From: Candidatus Jordarchaeales archaeon
GTDB taxonomy: Archaea; Asgardarchaeota; Jordiarchaeia; Jordiarchaeales; Freyrarchaeaceae
Direction of reading: 5' to 3'
DNA: 32,000 nucleotides
Assembly: GCA_038889235.1 (NCBI GenBank)
Contig: JAWAHN010000003.1
Span: 233,703 to 265,702 of the forward strand
Shown: piece by piece, positions 8,365 through 17,801 of the stretch
How positions within the stretch are numbered: position 1 is the stretch's first letter
How the letters are laid out: each line of letters starts with the position of its first letter
Program-made: the position numbers and the translations under genes
Notes under the pieces: model-generated
What the model was told of the DNA's origin: nothing
The model's input: the letters and a program-made list of their open reading frames with translations, nothing else
Database searches by the model: none

Positions 8365-9333
8365 ATGGGCGAAGTGGAGCGCTTCGCGGCACTCGTACGC
8401 GTGTGTGTTGAGGACGCTGTGGAGCGCAATGCGGCTAAGGGAGTTTTACTGTCTGGCGGACTTGACACGTCCATACTTGTTGCACTGGTTTCGAGGACAC
8501 GTAAGTTGACTGCTTTCACAGTAGCCCTTGAGGGGGCGCCCTCCCCCGACGTCCACTATGCCAGACTGGTGGCGGAGAAGTTCGGCGTCAGACACGTTGT
8601 ACGCTTCTTCAGTTTCGAAGAGGCTTTGAAAGCTGCCTACGAAGTGGTGCGTGTGCTCGGAGTCTTCGACCCCATGGAGGTGCGCAACAGCATACCGATC
8701 TATATTGCTCTGATAGAGGCGTCAAAACACGTTGAATGCGTAATGACGGGCGACGGGGCGGACGAGCTGTTCGCAGGCTACAGCTTCCTTTTCGAGCTAG
8801 GCGAAGAGGAGCTTGAGCGTAAGCTTAGGTCCATGTGGAGTGTAATGAGCTTCTCGTCGAAGCCCTTGGGAGCCTGTCTCGGCGTCGGCGTCTCACTACC
8901 ATACCTAGACCCGGTAGTCGTAGACTGCGCCTCAAAGGTTCCGGCAAGGCTCAAGGTTAGACAAGACGGGGAAACCGTCTGGGGAAAGTGGATTCTAAGG
9001 AAAGCCTTCGAAGACGTCTTGCCACACGAGGTAGCTTGGAGAACCAAGACACCCATAGAAGTGGGCTGTGGAACGTGCACCTTGCCAAAAATACTCGGAG
9101 AAAAGGTTGGGGACGAAGAGTTCAGCGAAAAAAGGAAGTATTACCTCGAAAAAGACGGCGTGGAGCTTCGCGACAAGGAACACTTGACATACTACGAGGT
9201 ATACAGGGATATATTCGGCCCCCCAAGGGAAGCGGTGAAATCGCCGGAGGGGAAAACATGCCCGCACTGCAAAGCGTCAATCCCAGTAAACGCTACCTAT
9301 TGCAAGATTTGCGGCGGCTACCCCATCCCCTAG
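8365..9333 (+). CDS. Asparagine synthase-like ATP pyrophosphatase (synthetase domain only) with C-terminal zinc ribbon
   Basis: LLSGGLDTS PP-loop, TGDGADELFAGY, KWILRKAF and C-terminal CPHC-x10-CKIC. No N-terminal Ntn glutaminase domain. Confidence 0.8.
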   Translation: MGEVERFAALVRVCVEDAVERNAAKGVLLSGGLDTSILVALVSRTRKLTAFTVALEGAPSPDVHYARLVAEKFGVRHVVRFFSFEEALKAAYEVVRVLGVFDPMEVRNSIPIYIALIEASKHVECVMTGDGADELFAGYSFLFELGEEELERKLRSMWSVMSFSSKPLGACLGVGVSLPYLDPVVVDCASKVPARLKVRQDGETVWGKWILRKAFEDVLPHEVAWRTKTPIEVGCGTCTLPKILGEKVGDEEFSEKRKYYLEKDGVELRDKEHLTYYEVYRDIFGPPREAVKSPEGKTCPHCKASIPVNATYCKICGGYPIP

Positions 9334-9573
9334 AAGGAAAGGCCTCGAGAACAAAGATTTACGCCTGCCTCTGGAGCCACTACTTTCTCCGAATCTTCCT
9401 TTTCCTTCCCCCTTGACTCCATGCGACTGTTATGGTTTGAGATTGCTTGGCACAAACCGAGGAAGCTTTACTCACTATACTATTGTAAAGCGATAAGTCT
9501 CTCATTGCTCCTAAGTAAAATTTTTAAGTTTGATGAAAGAAAGAATTTGAAAGCCTAGGAGGGGGCTAAGAGG

Positions 9574-9993
9574 ATGGCTTCTAAAAAACTGCTAGATATG
9601 CTTAACGAAGCCATAGCAAGGGAAATCCAGGTCTCAATCCAGTACATGTGGCAGCACGTCCAGTGGAGCGGGGTTAAAGGGTTCGCTGTTAAAGATGAGC
9701 TGAAGAAGATAGCCATAACCGAAATGAAGCATGCTGAAGCGATCGCGGAGAGGCTAGTCTACCTGGGGGGAACACCAACAACGAAGCCCACAGAAATATT
9801 TGTCGGAAAAACACTTAAAGAGATGCTGCAACGCGACGTAAAAGACGAGGAGAACGCGATTAACCTGTACAAAGAAATAATAGCGCAGGCGCGTGCAGAA
9901 AAAGATGAAACAACAGCGGTCCTATTCGAAGGAATACTGAAGGATGAAGAAGAACACCATGACACGTTCACCACTCTGCTGGAAGACCTATGA
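9574..9993 (+). CDS. Ferritin-like (bacterioferritin-type) di-iron protein
   Basis: E...QY...EMKH and E...EEEHH ferroxidase pattern, ERLVYLGGTP; strong RBS. Confidence 0.85.
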   Translation: MASKKLLDMLNEAIAREIQVSIQYMWQHVQWSGVKGFAVKDELKKIAITEMKHAEAIAERLVYLGGTPTTKPTEIFVGKTLKEMLQRDVKDEENAINLYKEIIAQARAEKDETTAVLFEGILKDEEEHHDTFTTLLEDL

Positions 9994-10108
9994 ACACTCG
10001 CTGGGAGTGACAGTTAACGCTACCAGTTAAGTCCGCCACTATACTTCAAACTTCATTTATTTTTGTTTGTCCTCCATGTGGGTTAAGCGGTGGACGCAGT
10101 GCGCTACT

Positions 10109-11059
10109 CTATAGGCCCAGTAGCTTGCTCGCGTTTTCTTTTAAGAGTTTACGTACTTCCTCATCGGTGAATTCTACCCCGTACTCCTTCCCCTTTTGGG
10201 GCAGGGACTTTATGAAATTGACCCAGGCATCGTCACCCATCACCGAGACCAGGTAAGGCCAGTCGGTGCCGAACATTATCCTGTCTTTTAATGGTCGCCC
10301 TAATATGGCTGGTGTGTTGAGCACATCCCGGATGAGGCTGAGCCAGTAGCGCGTCATTCCCCTAGCACCCAGCTGGTGCCCCGAGATTTCAGCGTAAACG
10401 TTTGGCCGGACAGCCATTATCTCCACACACTTAAGTAGCCACGTCAACCCGCCGAAATGGACGAGAACTATTTTCAGGTCAGGGAACTTCGCTGCGACAC
10501 TGTCTATGTATATCGGGTCGGCATACTTTGACTCCATGGGAGCTGATATCAATGCTGCCGTGTGGGAGTGCAGAGGCACTCCCAGCTCGACGCACTTCTC
10601 GTAGAGGGGATAGAAGGCAGGATCGTCTGGATAATACCCCGCTGTTGGGTGAAACTTTACCCCCTTCGCCCCCCATTCCTCCACAGCCTTCTCGACGAGC
10701 TTGACAGCTCTTTCACCCCTCCTAGGGTCAACTGCACATAGAGGAACTAGCTTGTCCGGATACTCATTAGCTTGGTCGGCAACCCATTTATTCATCTCCT
10801 CAACAGACCACTTGGCCTCGCCTGTCTCAGGCATAAGCCCAAAGTCAACTCCTGTGACTATTGCCTTATCGATCCCCGCTGCATCCATAACCCTGACGAG
10901 AACATCTGCATTAGAAGCCCAGAACTGTGGAAGTAACTGTTCCATCACAATCTCTCTAGGCAGTCCGAGTGTCTTAGCATACCCATCTGCAGTGAACCTC
11001 CAAAAAGCATCAGACCACATATCTTTGTGCGCTAAATGTGCATGTACGTTAATAACCAT
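10109..11059 (-). CDS. Metal-dependent amidohydrolase (Amidohydro_2 / COG2159-like)
   Basis: N-terminal HAH, GVKFHP, LHSH, VLVHFG and MFGTDWPY. Confidence 0.85.
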   Translation of the reverse strand: MVINVHAHLAHKDMWSDAFWRFTADGYAKTLGLPREIVMEQLLPQFWASNADVLVRVMDAAGIDKAIVTGVDFGLMPETGEAKWSVEEMNKWVADQANEYPDKLVPLCAVDPRRGERAVKLVEKAVEEWGAKGVKFHPTAGYYPDDPAFYPLYEKCVELGVPLHSHTAALISAPMESKYADPIYIDSVAAKFPDLKIVLVHFGGLTWLLKCVEIMAVRPNVYAEISGHQLGARGMTRYWLSLIRDVLNTPAILGRPLKDRIMFGTDWPYLVSVMGDDAWVNFIKSLPQKGKEYGVEFTDEEVRKLLKENASKLLGL

Positions 11060-11349
11060 CGAACCTCCCCCCTCAACTCTTACAAGTCATTCAGTTGTTT
11101 TTAAATAAAAAGATTCTGGTAAAGAGACTGAAAAATGTTAGACGACAAATGGAGAAATGTGTTTTAGGTATGCAAAACAGACGTTAACTTCAGCCTTCAA
11201 AGTCACCTAGCAAGTCTCCTAGCAACCCCAGATGCATGCTAAAGTCCACATTTAAGCCGCTGTCTTTCAGTTTTAGGCTGGAGTTCTTTGATCTCAATAG
11301 GCTGCACAGTGAAGTTGCTGAGTGAAGTTCTGGTGGTTGGGCCTTCATT

Positions 11350-11844
11350 TTACCGGCTGGAAGTTTTGGAGAGTTTTAGGGTTAGTTCGGCGAAGCTGCG
11401 CCCGAACTCCCTGCACAACTCCTTGTCTTCCTCGCTCTCCGGCGCTTCTACGACAGCCAGCCCGTAGTGCTTGTCCCTCGGGTTACCCTTAACTATCATA
11501 CCGTGGATTAACATGGCTTGAATTATTGATAGCAGCGTTGTTTCAGCACCTGTCGCCGTGCCACCAGACGTGGTGAAAGCCCCTCCAACCTTACCCTCAA
11601 GCCTGCCGTGGATGGCGATACTCCTGTCAATCAGGTCCTTCACCTTGGCGCTCACCCCACCATAGTACGTCGGCGACCCTATCAATATTCCGTCAGCGCT
11701 CAGTAAATCCTCCAGCTTAACATCGTCAACCCTTTTAACCACACAGTTCACACCTTTAACGCTCTTCACACCCTCAGCTATGAGAAAAGCCGCTTTTTCA
11801 GTGTTCCCCGTCCTCGAATCATAAACCACTAACACGCTCACCAA
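11350..11844 (-). CDS. WrbA-like flavodoxin-fold NAD(P)H oxidoreductase
   Basis: YDSRTGNTEK FMN loop, GSPTYYG and GGAFTTSG. TTG 11844 or GTG 11841 follows a GGAGG RBS. Confidence 0.85.
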   Translation of the reverse strand: MVSVLVVYDSRTGNTEKAAFLIAEGVKSVKGVNCVVKRVDDVKLEDLLSADGILIGSPTYYGGVSAKVKDLIDRSIAIHGRLEGKVGGAFTTSGGTATGAETTLLSIIQAMLIHGMIVKGNPRDKHYGLAVVEAPESEEDKELCREFGRSFAELTLKLSKTSSR

Positions 11845-11943
11845 GATTAAAACCTCCACGAACACTTAAACCTCCAATAGTAAAAAACCCTAATATAAGC
11901 TTCCACCAGACGATTTAAATTCCCGCACCAAACCCTCTGCAAA

Positions 11944-11956
11944 CGATAACTTATCG
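11944..11956. promoter_or_regulatory. Perfect 6-1-6 palindrome CGATAA-C-TTATCG, candidate transcription-factor site
   Basis: Lies in the divergent intergenic region between the wrbA-like gene and six-Cys paralogue A. Its core matches the sites at 22036-22067. Confidence 0.45.
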
Positions 11957-12167
11957 GAAAAGTAAATAAAATATTTAAAAAACAGCCATCTTTATTGAAT
12001 TTTTCGCAATATTATGGCTCTTATATTGTAAATAATTCAATATTTTTTTACCATTAATCAGGTTTTTATAACATCTAATAAGAAAATTTTATTAAAATAG
12101 AAGGCAGTAAAACATTGTGGGGAAAATATTCTGAATTAACAATTAGTAGGAGAATGGAGGTGAAAAG

Positions 12168-12884
12168 TTGACTGGTTTTAACCGGTCTGAGTTTAAAATG
12201 TTTGAGAAAGCCCCCTACGAGACAATTGATGAAAGGACTGAAATGGAGTTAATTACTAGTAGCACTAAGGAATTAGAAAAAATTTATGGTAAAGTTTTTA
12301 CAGTTAAAATTATAGAGTATGCGTTGCGCACAGTAGAGAGGTTTACTGGTGAGAGGCCGAGCGTGGAGATTAACAGTTTGGACGAGCTTAAGGACTACCT
12401 TCTCTTAATTTCAAACAAGCTACCTGTGCCGAGTTACTACGTGATGTTCTGGGCGCAATATGTGACGGAAAAGAAGTTTGAGGGAGGTCTTGGAGTAGGG
12501 TACCAGATCAGCCACAGTGAACTTGCGAAGAAGGCAATTAGCTCGGATGGCATAAAGCCCGAGCAGGCAGCTAACATTGAGGAGGCACTTGCACTACTCC
12601 GCAAGCTGGCTGTTAACATGAAGATAGCGCCCATAGAGTTTGGCTACAAGATAGATGAAGACGGAAACTTATACCTTTACCACGGGGGGTGCGCATTCCT
12701 TAAGGGGTGTAAGATGTCCATGGAGAAAGGAGTGCTGCACAGGCCGGACGGGAGAGTTTCGTGCGGCGTCACGATTTTCGTGTGCCAGTTCCTTAAGTCG
12801 GCTACTAAGCAAGAGTGGGATCACACACTTCTAGAGTTCAACGAGAAGGAAAAGTACTGTATAGTGAAGTGCACCCCGATTTAG
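12168..12884 (+). CDS. Hypothetical six-cysteine protein (paralogue A), possibly V4R/MetOD1-like C-terminal domain
   Basis: 238-aa ORF with a GGAGGTG RBS. Aligns end to end with 24499..25203, including C-x5-C-x17-C-x6-C-x24-C-x3-C. Confidence 0.8.
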   Translation: MTGFNRSEFKMFEKAPYETIDERTEMELITSSTKELEKIYGKVFTVKIIEYALRTVERFTGERPSVEINSLDELKDYLLLISNKLPVPSYYVMFWAQYVTEKKFEGGLGVGYQISHSELAKKAISSDGIKPEQAANIEEALALLRKLAVNMKIAPIEFGYKIDEDGNLYLYHGGCAFLKGCKMSMEKGVLHRPDGRVSCGVTIFVCQFLKSATKQEWDHTLLEFNEKEKYCIVKCTPI

Positions 12885-13091
12885 AGGGCGAAGTGTGGGG
12901 GAATTTAGGGCGCTTAAACATGAGTAATTGAAGGTGGTGATAAAGACATTAATGCCGCTCTTTTGTCTGTCTTTTGTTGCTTTTGAGATCTAGGGCGAAC
13001 GTTTTTAAAGTAAGTATTGACTCCTAGTTTTAAAGGCACTTCTAGATAGGTATGCATAGAGTTCGTTGAGTGGGAAAAGAGGCTGGTTGCT

Positions 13092-14282
13092 TTGAAGTAC
13101 GTCGTTATAGTAGGGGATGGTATGGCTGACTATCCCCTCGACGAACTGGGCGGTAAGACTCCTTTGCAGATTGCCCGTAAGCCAAACATGGACATGGTCG
13201 CCTGTAGGGGTAAATGCGGCTTGCTGAAGGCTATTCCTGAAGGGTTGCCAGCTGGATCCGACGTGGCCATCTTGTCCATTCTGGGTTATGACCCGGAGAA
13301 GTATTACACTGGGCGTGGGCCGATAGAGGCCGCCGCCTTGGGTGTGGAGCTCCGGGATGGAGACGTTGCCTTCCGCTGCAACCTGGTGACTTTGGAGGGA
13401 GGTGTGATGGCGGATTACAGTGCGGGGCACATTAGTAGCGGCGAGGCGAGGGAGCTCATCAACGCTCTCAACGAGGAGATTGGAAGCGGCTCCGTGAGGT
13501 TTTACAGCGGTGTGAGTTACAGGAATATCCTAGTCATTTCTGGTGGGAGGTTTGAGGGGTTAGAGTGCACCCCTCCTCACGACATAACGGGTATGAGAGT
13601 GGAGGAATACCTTCCGAGGGGGGAGGGGAGCGAGCTGCTACTGGAGCTAATGAGGGCTGCGCAGAGGGTGCTTGAAGAGCACCCGGTTAACGTTAGGAGG
13701 GTTAGAGAGGGGAAGAGGCCGGCGAACTCTATATGGCCGTGGGGTTACGGGGTGAAGCCTAGGCTGCAGCGCTTCGAGGAGAGATTTGGGGTTCGCGGGG
13801 CCATAATTTCGGCTGTAGACTTGGTTAGGGGGCTTGGAGTGCTCACTGGACTGAGGGTTGTTAACGTCCCCGGTGCCACAGGGTACTACGACACGAACTA
13901 CGCTGGGAAGGGCGAGTACGCGTTAAAAGCTCTAGAAGACGTGGATTTCGTGCTCGTTCACGTTGAGGCGCCGGATGAGGCGGGGCACGCTGGAGACATA
14001 GAGAACAAGGTGAAAGCCATAGAGAGAATAGATAGCGAAATTCTTGGGAGGGTGTTGAGGGAAATAGACACCATTAGCAGCGACTACAGGGTGGCGGTGT
14101 TAGCCGACCACCCGACCCCCATAGTCAAGAGGACGCACACGCGTGACCCGTCGCCCGTGGCTGTTCTTTCAAGCAACGAAGATGGGGACGAGGTTGAAGG
14201 CTTCGACGAGTTCTCCGTCAGGAGGGGGAGTCTAGGGTTGATAAGGGGACATGATTTCATGAGCCGCTTCATAGGACGCTGA
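13092..14282 (+). CDS. apgM: ApgM-family cofactor-independent phosphoglycerate mutase-like enzyme (alkaline phosphatase superfamily; TIGR02535-like)
   Basis: GDGMAD, GKTPLQ, GSDVA (phospho-Ser), HVEAPDEAGH and DHPTP metal ligands. The exact substrate is not established. Confidence 0.8.
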   Translation: MKYVVIVGDGMADYPLDELGGKTPLQIARKPNMDMVACRGKCGLLKAIPEGLPAGSDVAILSILGYDPEKYYTGRGPIEAAALGVELRDGDVAFRCNLVTLEGGVMADYSAGHISSGEARELINALNEEIGSGSVRFYSGVSYRNILVISGGRFEGLECTPPHDITGMRVEEYLPRGEGSELLLELMRAAQRVLEEHPVNVRRVREGKRPANSIWPWGYGVKPRLQRFEERFGVRGAIISAVDLVRGLGVLTGLRVVNVPGATGYYDTNYAGKGEYALKALEDVDFVLVHVEAPDEAGHAGDIENKVKAIERIDSEILGRVLREIDTISSDYRVAVLADHPTPIVKRTHTRDPSPVAVLSSNEDGDEVEGFDEFSVRRGSLGLIRGHDFMSRFIGR

Positions 14283-14907
14283 GCGACACCTGTGTTTCGA
14301 GGAGCTTCTCGGCAACCTCTAACTCCTCCCTGGTATTCACGTTTACCGCAAACTCCTTGAAGCTTGACTTGAAATAGCACTCTTCAAGCACCCCCCCAGA
14401 CGCCAACTTTACGCCGTCGACCACGTTAACCCCGGATGGAACGAAGTCCTCTCCGTCTATTTTCATGACCAAGGTGGGCTTCAATCCTAAGCTAACTACG
14501 AGCTGTAGGGGGACGACCGCTACAAGCGACGACTTACCACATGTAAAGAAGTAGTCGACTACAGCGTCGAGCAGCGCCTCTCTGAGCAGGGGCATGTCTG
14601 CCGGGCACACTAGTATAACCTGAGACTTTATCTGAGCGGCAGCATACCTGAGGTCTTCAACGTATCCAGCCCCCGGGGTTTGCACAAGCTGGACAGACCC
14701 CCTCCAAGCTTCCTCCAAGTGGCGTTTGGTGTTCGGAGTGTGGGGGCTCACCGCAACGTAAACTCTTTTCACCGAGACCGCTTGCCTCACGGCTGTCACC
14801 ACGTAGTCTATCATGGGTCGCCCCTTAAGCCGAGCCATGGGCTTCTCCGCCACGCCAAACCTCGACCCAATTCCTCCAGCCATTATTAACCCGTCGACTT
14901 TACGCAA
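14269..14907 (-). CDS. cobY: GTP:adenosylcobinamide-phosphate guanylyltransferase
   Basis: MAGGIGSRF...EKPM NTP-transferase motif, PADMP and NVNT; directly downstream of cobS. Confidence 0.85.
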   Translation of the reverse strand: MRKVDGLIMAGGIGSRFGVAEKPMARLKGRPMIDYVVTAVRQAVSVKRVYVAVSPHTPNTKRHLEEAWRGSVQLVQTPGAGYVEDLRYAAAQIKSQVILVCPADMPLLREALLDAVVDYFFTCGKSSLVAVVPLQLVVSLGLKPTLVMKIDGEDFVPSGVNVVDGVKLASGGVLEECYFKSSFKEFAVNVNTREELEVAEKLLETQVSLSVL

Positions 14908-15685
14908 GTGTAACCACCAACACCGTTATGAGTAGGGGGATTCTCGAAAGCTCACGGCAAGCCCCCAGAGCGTCTCCGGTCACGCAGCCGAAAACCCTGT
15001 TCGACAGATATGCCACAGCCAGCCCCACCGCAACGCTCACCGCAAGCGAGAGGGGTATGAGGGGGGCGAGCTCGTATGATGTGGAAAGGCTCAAAAGGTG
15101 CGCCGACGCGGCGAAGAGAAGGGATGCTAGTGCTACTGAGATGGCTAGGGAGGCTAACAGATCCTTCCAGCTGACGTTTTCAGCGAAAAAGCTTCCAAGA
15201 CCCGATCCACTGGGCTTCCCCGCGCATGCGCAAGCGAGCATCGAGTTCGTGCAAGCCAGCTCGACAATGAACGCTGAAAGCAAAGCGTAAACCCACGGTA
15301 TACTACTATAGAGTGCAAGGGAGGACACGGTGACCAGTAGGGCTACAGCTACTCCGCCCGCACCCACATGCACGTCCTTCATCGCTCTCAGCTTCTCCTC
15401 CCTGCCTCCGACAGCCGTTAACCCGTCTCCGAAGTCGACAAGACCATCCATGTGCAAGAACCCGTTGAAGACATTTACAACCAGGAGTGTCAGGGCGGCT
15501 GAGGGCAGAGGGGGGAGCAGAAGACCGGTAACTGTTAATGTTGCGCCGGCTAGGAGACCGTAAAAGGCTCCAACCACAGAGGTTAAGGCGAGGTAGCCGG
15601 CCGCCTTATCAAGCGAGCCCGTGTGCTTCAGAGGGATTACGGTGAAGAAGGAGAAGAGTAGTTTTAGGGAGTTCCAGGCGCCCAT
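14900..15685 (-). CDS. cobS: Adenosylcobinamide-GDP ribazoletransferase (cobalamin synthase)
   Basis: Membrane protein with GFLHMDGLVDFGDG, MKDVHVGAGG and GCVTGDALGA. Confidence 0.92.
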   Translation of the reverse strand: MGAWNSLKLLFSFFTVIPLKHTGSLDKAAGYLALTSVVGAFYGLLAGATLTVTGLLLPPLPSAALTLLVVNVFNGFLHMDGLVDFGDGLTAVGGREEKLRAMKDVHVGAGGVAVALLVTVSSLALYSSIPWVYALLSAFIVELACTNSMLACACAGKPSGSGLGSFFAENVSWKDLLASLAISVALASLLFAASAHLLSLSTSYELAPLIPLSLAVSVAVGLAVAYLSNRVFGCVTGDALGACRELSRIPLLITVLVVTLA

Positions 15686-15695
15686 GCGATGCACC

Positions 15696-16778
15696 TTACC
15701 TCTCAGAGTATATTTTCGACATCACACCGCCGACGAGAGACGCCACCACGTCGTCTAGGAACGGGCCTAGCAACGAGATAATGCCGGGCTTCTTTCTGTC
15801 ATACCTAACGTAGTTGAAAACCCCCCTAGCCCCTGCGATGTAGTCTGCTATGGCCATTCCTATCATCTCGTCCGCTAAAAGGTGCACGGCGTCCCTTCTA
15901 AACTCTTCAGCGCTCAATCCGTGTATCAGCCCACTACCTCCCAAGTCTTCTAAGTGGACAGCCGAGGCGACCAGAGCGTTAATGTTCACGTCTCCGGCCA
16001 GCTTGCCCAGCTCTTCCACGAACCGCTTCCTCACCTCTTCAGTGCTCATCTCGGAGTGGGGGACGTGGAGGGCGAGCGCGGCTTCAGCCATGTCCTCCAC
16101 TGTCACCCCACGCTCCCTCAACTTTTCTATGAAACTCCTACTTCTCACCTCTCCAGCCTTAAGAAGAGACTCTGTTAAGGCGTCCCTGACAGCACGGGAT
16201 ATCAAGGCGCCGGCGGTGGTCGCGGTTCCAGTGTACCTTAACCCGTTGCTTCTGTCGGGGCACGCGACTACAACAGCGTCCGTCGAGGTTCCCCCTGCGT
16301 CGAAGCCGAGGCTCCTTAGGGCGAGGCATTTGGCTTCCGTCACCGTGATAACTGCGTTGACGAGGCCCTCGTCGGTAAGCGCACTGTTAATGAAGACGAC
16401 GATGTTAATCGTTCCAGCCGCTTGAGCACTACTTCTAGCGGGGGGGCTGCCGGCTACCAGGGCGTTTGAGGTTCCAGCGGTCACAACAGCGGTCACGCTC
16501 AAACCGTTAGCGGAGTAGTTTTTAACAGTGAGTACCTCTTTCACTTTCGCCGCGGTCATTAAGCCGGCAAGCCTACCCTTCAAGTTCAACTTTCTGATTG
16601 CGGCGCGCAAGTCTTCCTCCGGCGTTTCGGAGGAGTAGTCAATGGGAACCTGAACTATTAGTGCTCCATTGATCCTCGTTATTCCAGGTTCGAGGACCGC
16701 GGAGCTTATAGCCCTACTCTCCTCCGGGAAAACTATCAAGGCGCACTTTTCGTCCGGGAAGCTCACACTCAAATCCAC
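15696..16778 (-). CDS. cbiS: Bifunctional adenosylcobinamide amidohydrolase / alpha-ribazole-phosphate phosphatase (CbiZ-CobZ fusion, CbiS-like)
   Basis: N-domain GLMTAA, TAGTSNA, GTINI and GTSTD (CbiZ). C-domain ADEMIGMAIADYIAG...RYDRKKPGI...GPFLDD (archaeal CobZ). Confidence 0.85.
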   Translation of the reverse strand: MDLSVSFPDEKCALIVFPEESRAISSAVLEPGITRINGALIVQVPIDYSSETPEEDLRAAIRKLNLKGRLAGLMTAAKVKEVLTVKNYSANGLSVTAVVTAGTSNALVAGSPPARSSAQAAGTINIVVFINSALTDEGLVNAVITVTEAKCLALRSLGFDAGGTSTDAVVVACPDRSNGLRYTGTATTAGALISRAVRDALTESLLKAGEVRSRSFIEKLRERGVTVEDMAEAALALHVPHSEMSTEEVRKRFVEELGKLAGDVNINALVASAVHLEDLGGSGLIHGLSAEEFRRDAVHLLADEMIGMAIADYIAGARGVFNYVRYDRKKPGIISLLGPFLDDVVASLVGGVMSKIYSER

Positions 16779-16782
16779 TCTC

Positions 16783-17784
16783 TCACCTCAGCAAGCTTAT
16801 GAGCATAACCACGAGGCTCTCCAAATAGCCCTGCACGGCGAAACCAGCGGCCAGCGATATGGGGGATAAGGTGAAGTAGAAGAGGATGCATGCGAGACGC
16901 ATTATCTTCACTGATGTCAACGCTTCCTTTACCCCAGGGTACTGGTACTCCGCTCCTAGGACGTGTTTCCCCCTCTTCTCCAATCGGACTCTAAGCGCTC
17001 CGGCTACCGCGGACATAGGCCACCCACCGTTGGGGCTCTCGGTCTTACCGTGATCTCTCAGAGCGATTCTAACACAGTTCCTCCAATCGGCTTTGAGGAG
17101 CATGGATGCAAGGACTATGAAGGGCAGGGAGATCCTCGCTGGCACAAAGTTTAGCGCGTCGTCAAGCCTAGCAGAAGCCCACCCGACGTTTATGTGAAAG
17201 TCGTCTTTGTACCCGACCGTGGAGTCGAGGGTGTTTACCACCCTGTAGAACACCGCTCCTGGGACACCTGCCAAAACAAAGAAGAAGACCGGGGCGCAGA
17301 ACCCGTCAACTATGCTTTCAGAAGTACTTTCGACCGCGGCTGAAAGGATGAGGGGGCCGTCAAGGTTGCTCACGTCGCGTCCAACTATTCGCGAAACGTA
17401 AAACCTTGCTCCCGGGATGTCGCCCTCCGCCACCTTCAATATCACCGGTTTAGCGTGTTGCTCCATGTCCCTTATCGCGAACGAGAGTTTTAGAATATAG
17501 GCCGAGGCTAGAACCCAGGCAGCCTTACCTAGAAGTGACTTCACAAGTGAGAGGAGTAGCACGGTGAGAGATGAGAAGAGGAGTGGCAGGAGAAGCGCTA
17601 GGGCGGCGCCTGCAAGCCTTTCGACGGAACGGTTTCCCCTAGGTATTCTGGCGTCAATCCACGAAGCTAGGACGCCTGCCCAGTGCGTTGGGTGTATGGC
17701 CCTGGGTGGCTCGCCGAAAAACAAGTCGATCACCAAGGCTAAAGCTACTATGGATGCGAGGTAGAAGCATTCTGGCGGCTCCAC
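16783..17784 (-). CDS. cbiB: Adenosylcobinamide-phosphate synthase
   Basis: GEPP...HPTHWAG, ESIVDG, YRVVNTLDSTVGY, ARLDDALNFVPAR and SPNGGWPM. Confidence 0.93.
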   Translation of the reverse strand: MEPPECFYLASIVALALVIDLFFGEPPRAIHPTHWAGVLASWIDARIPRGNRSVERLAGAALALLLPLLFSSLTVLLLSLVKSLLGKAAWVLASAYILKLSFAIRDMEQHAKPVILKVAEGDIPGARFYVSRIVGRDVSNLDGPLILSAAVESTSESIVDGFCAPVFFFVLAGVPGAVFYRVVNTLDSTVGYKDDFHINVGWASARLDDALNFVPARISLPFIVLASMLLKADWRNCVRIALRDHGKTESPNGGWPMSAVAGALRVRLEKRGKHVLGAEYQYPGVKEALTSVKIMRLACILFYFTLSPISLAAGFAVQGYLESLVVMLISLLR

Positions 17785-17801
17785 GCCTAGAACGCCTCCA
17801 G

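Noticed and set aside
9991-10030. TGA stop of the ferritin-like gene as possible selenocysteine readthrough
   Set aside because: The protein is already complete at family length, the position is not Cys-equivalent and no SECIS-like element was seen.
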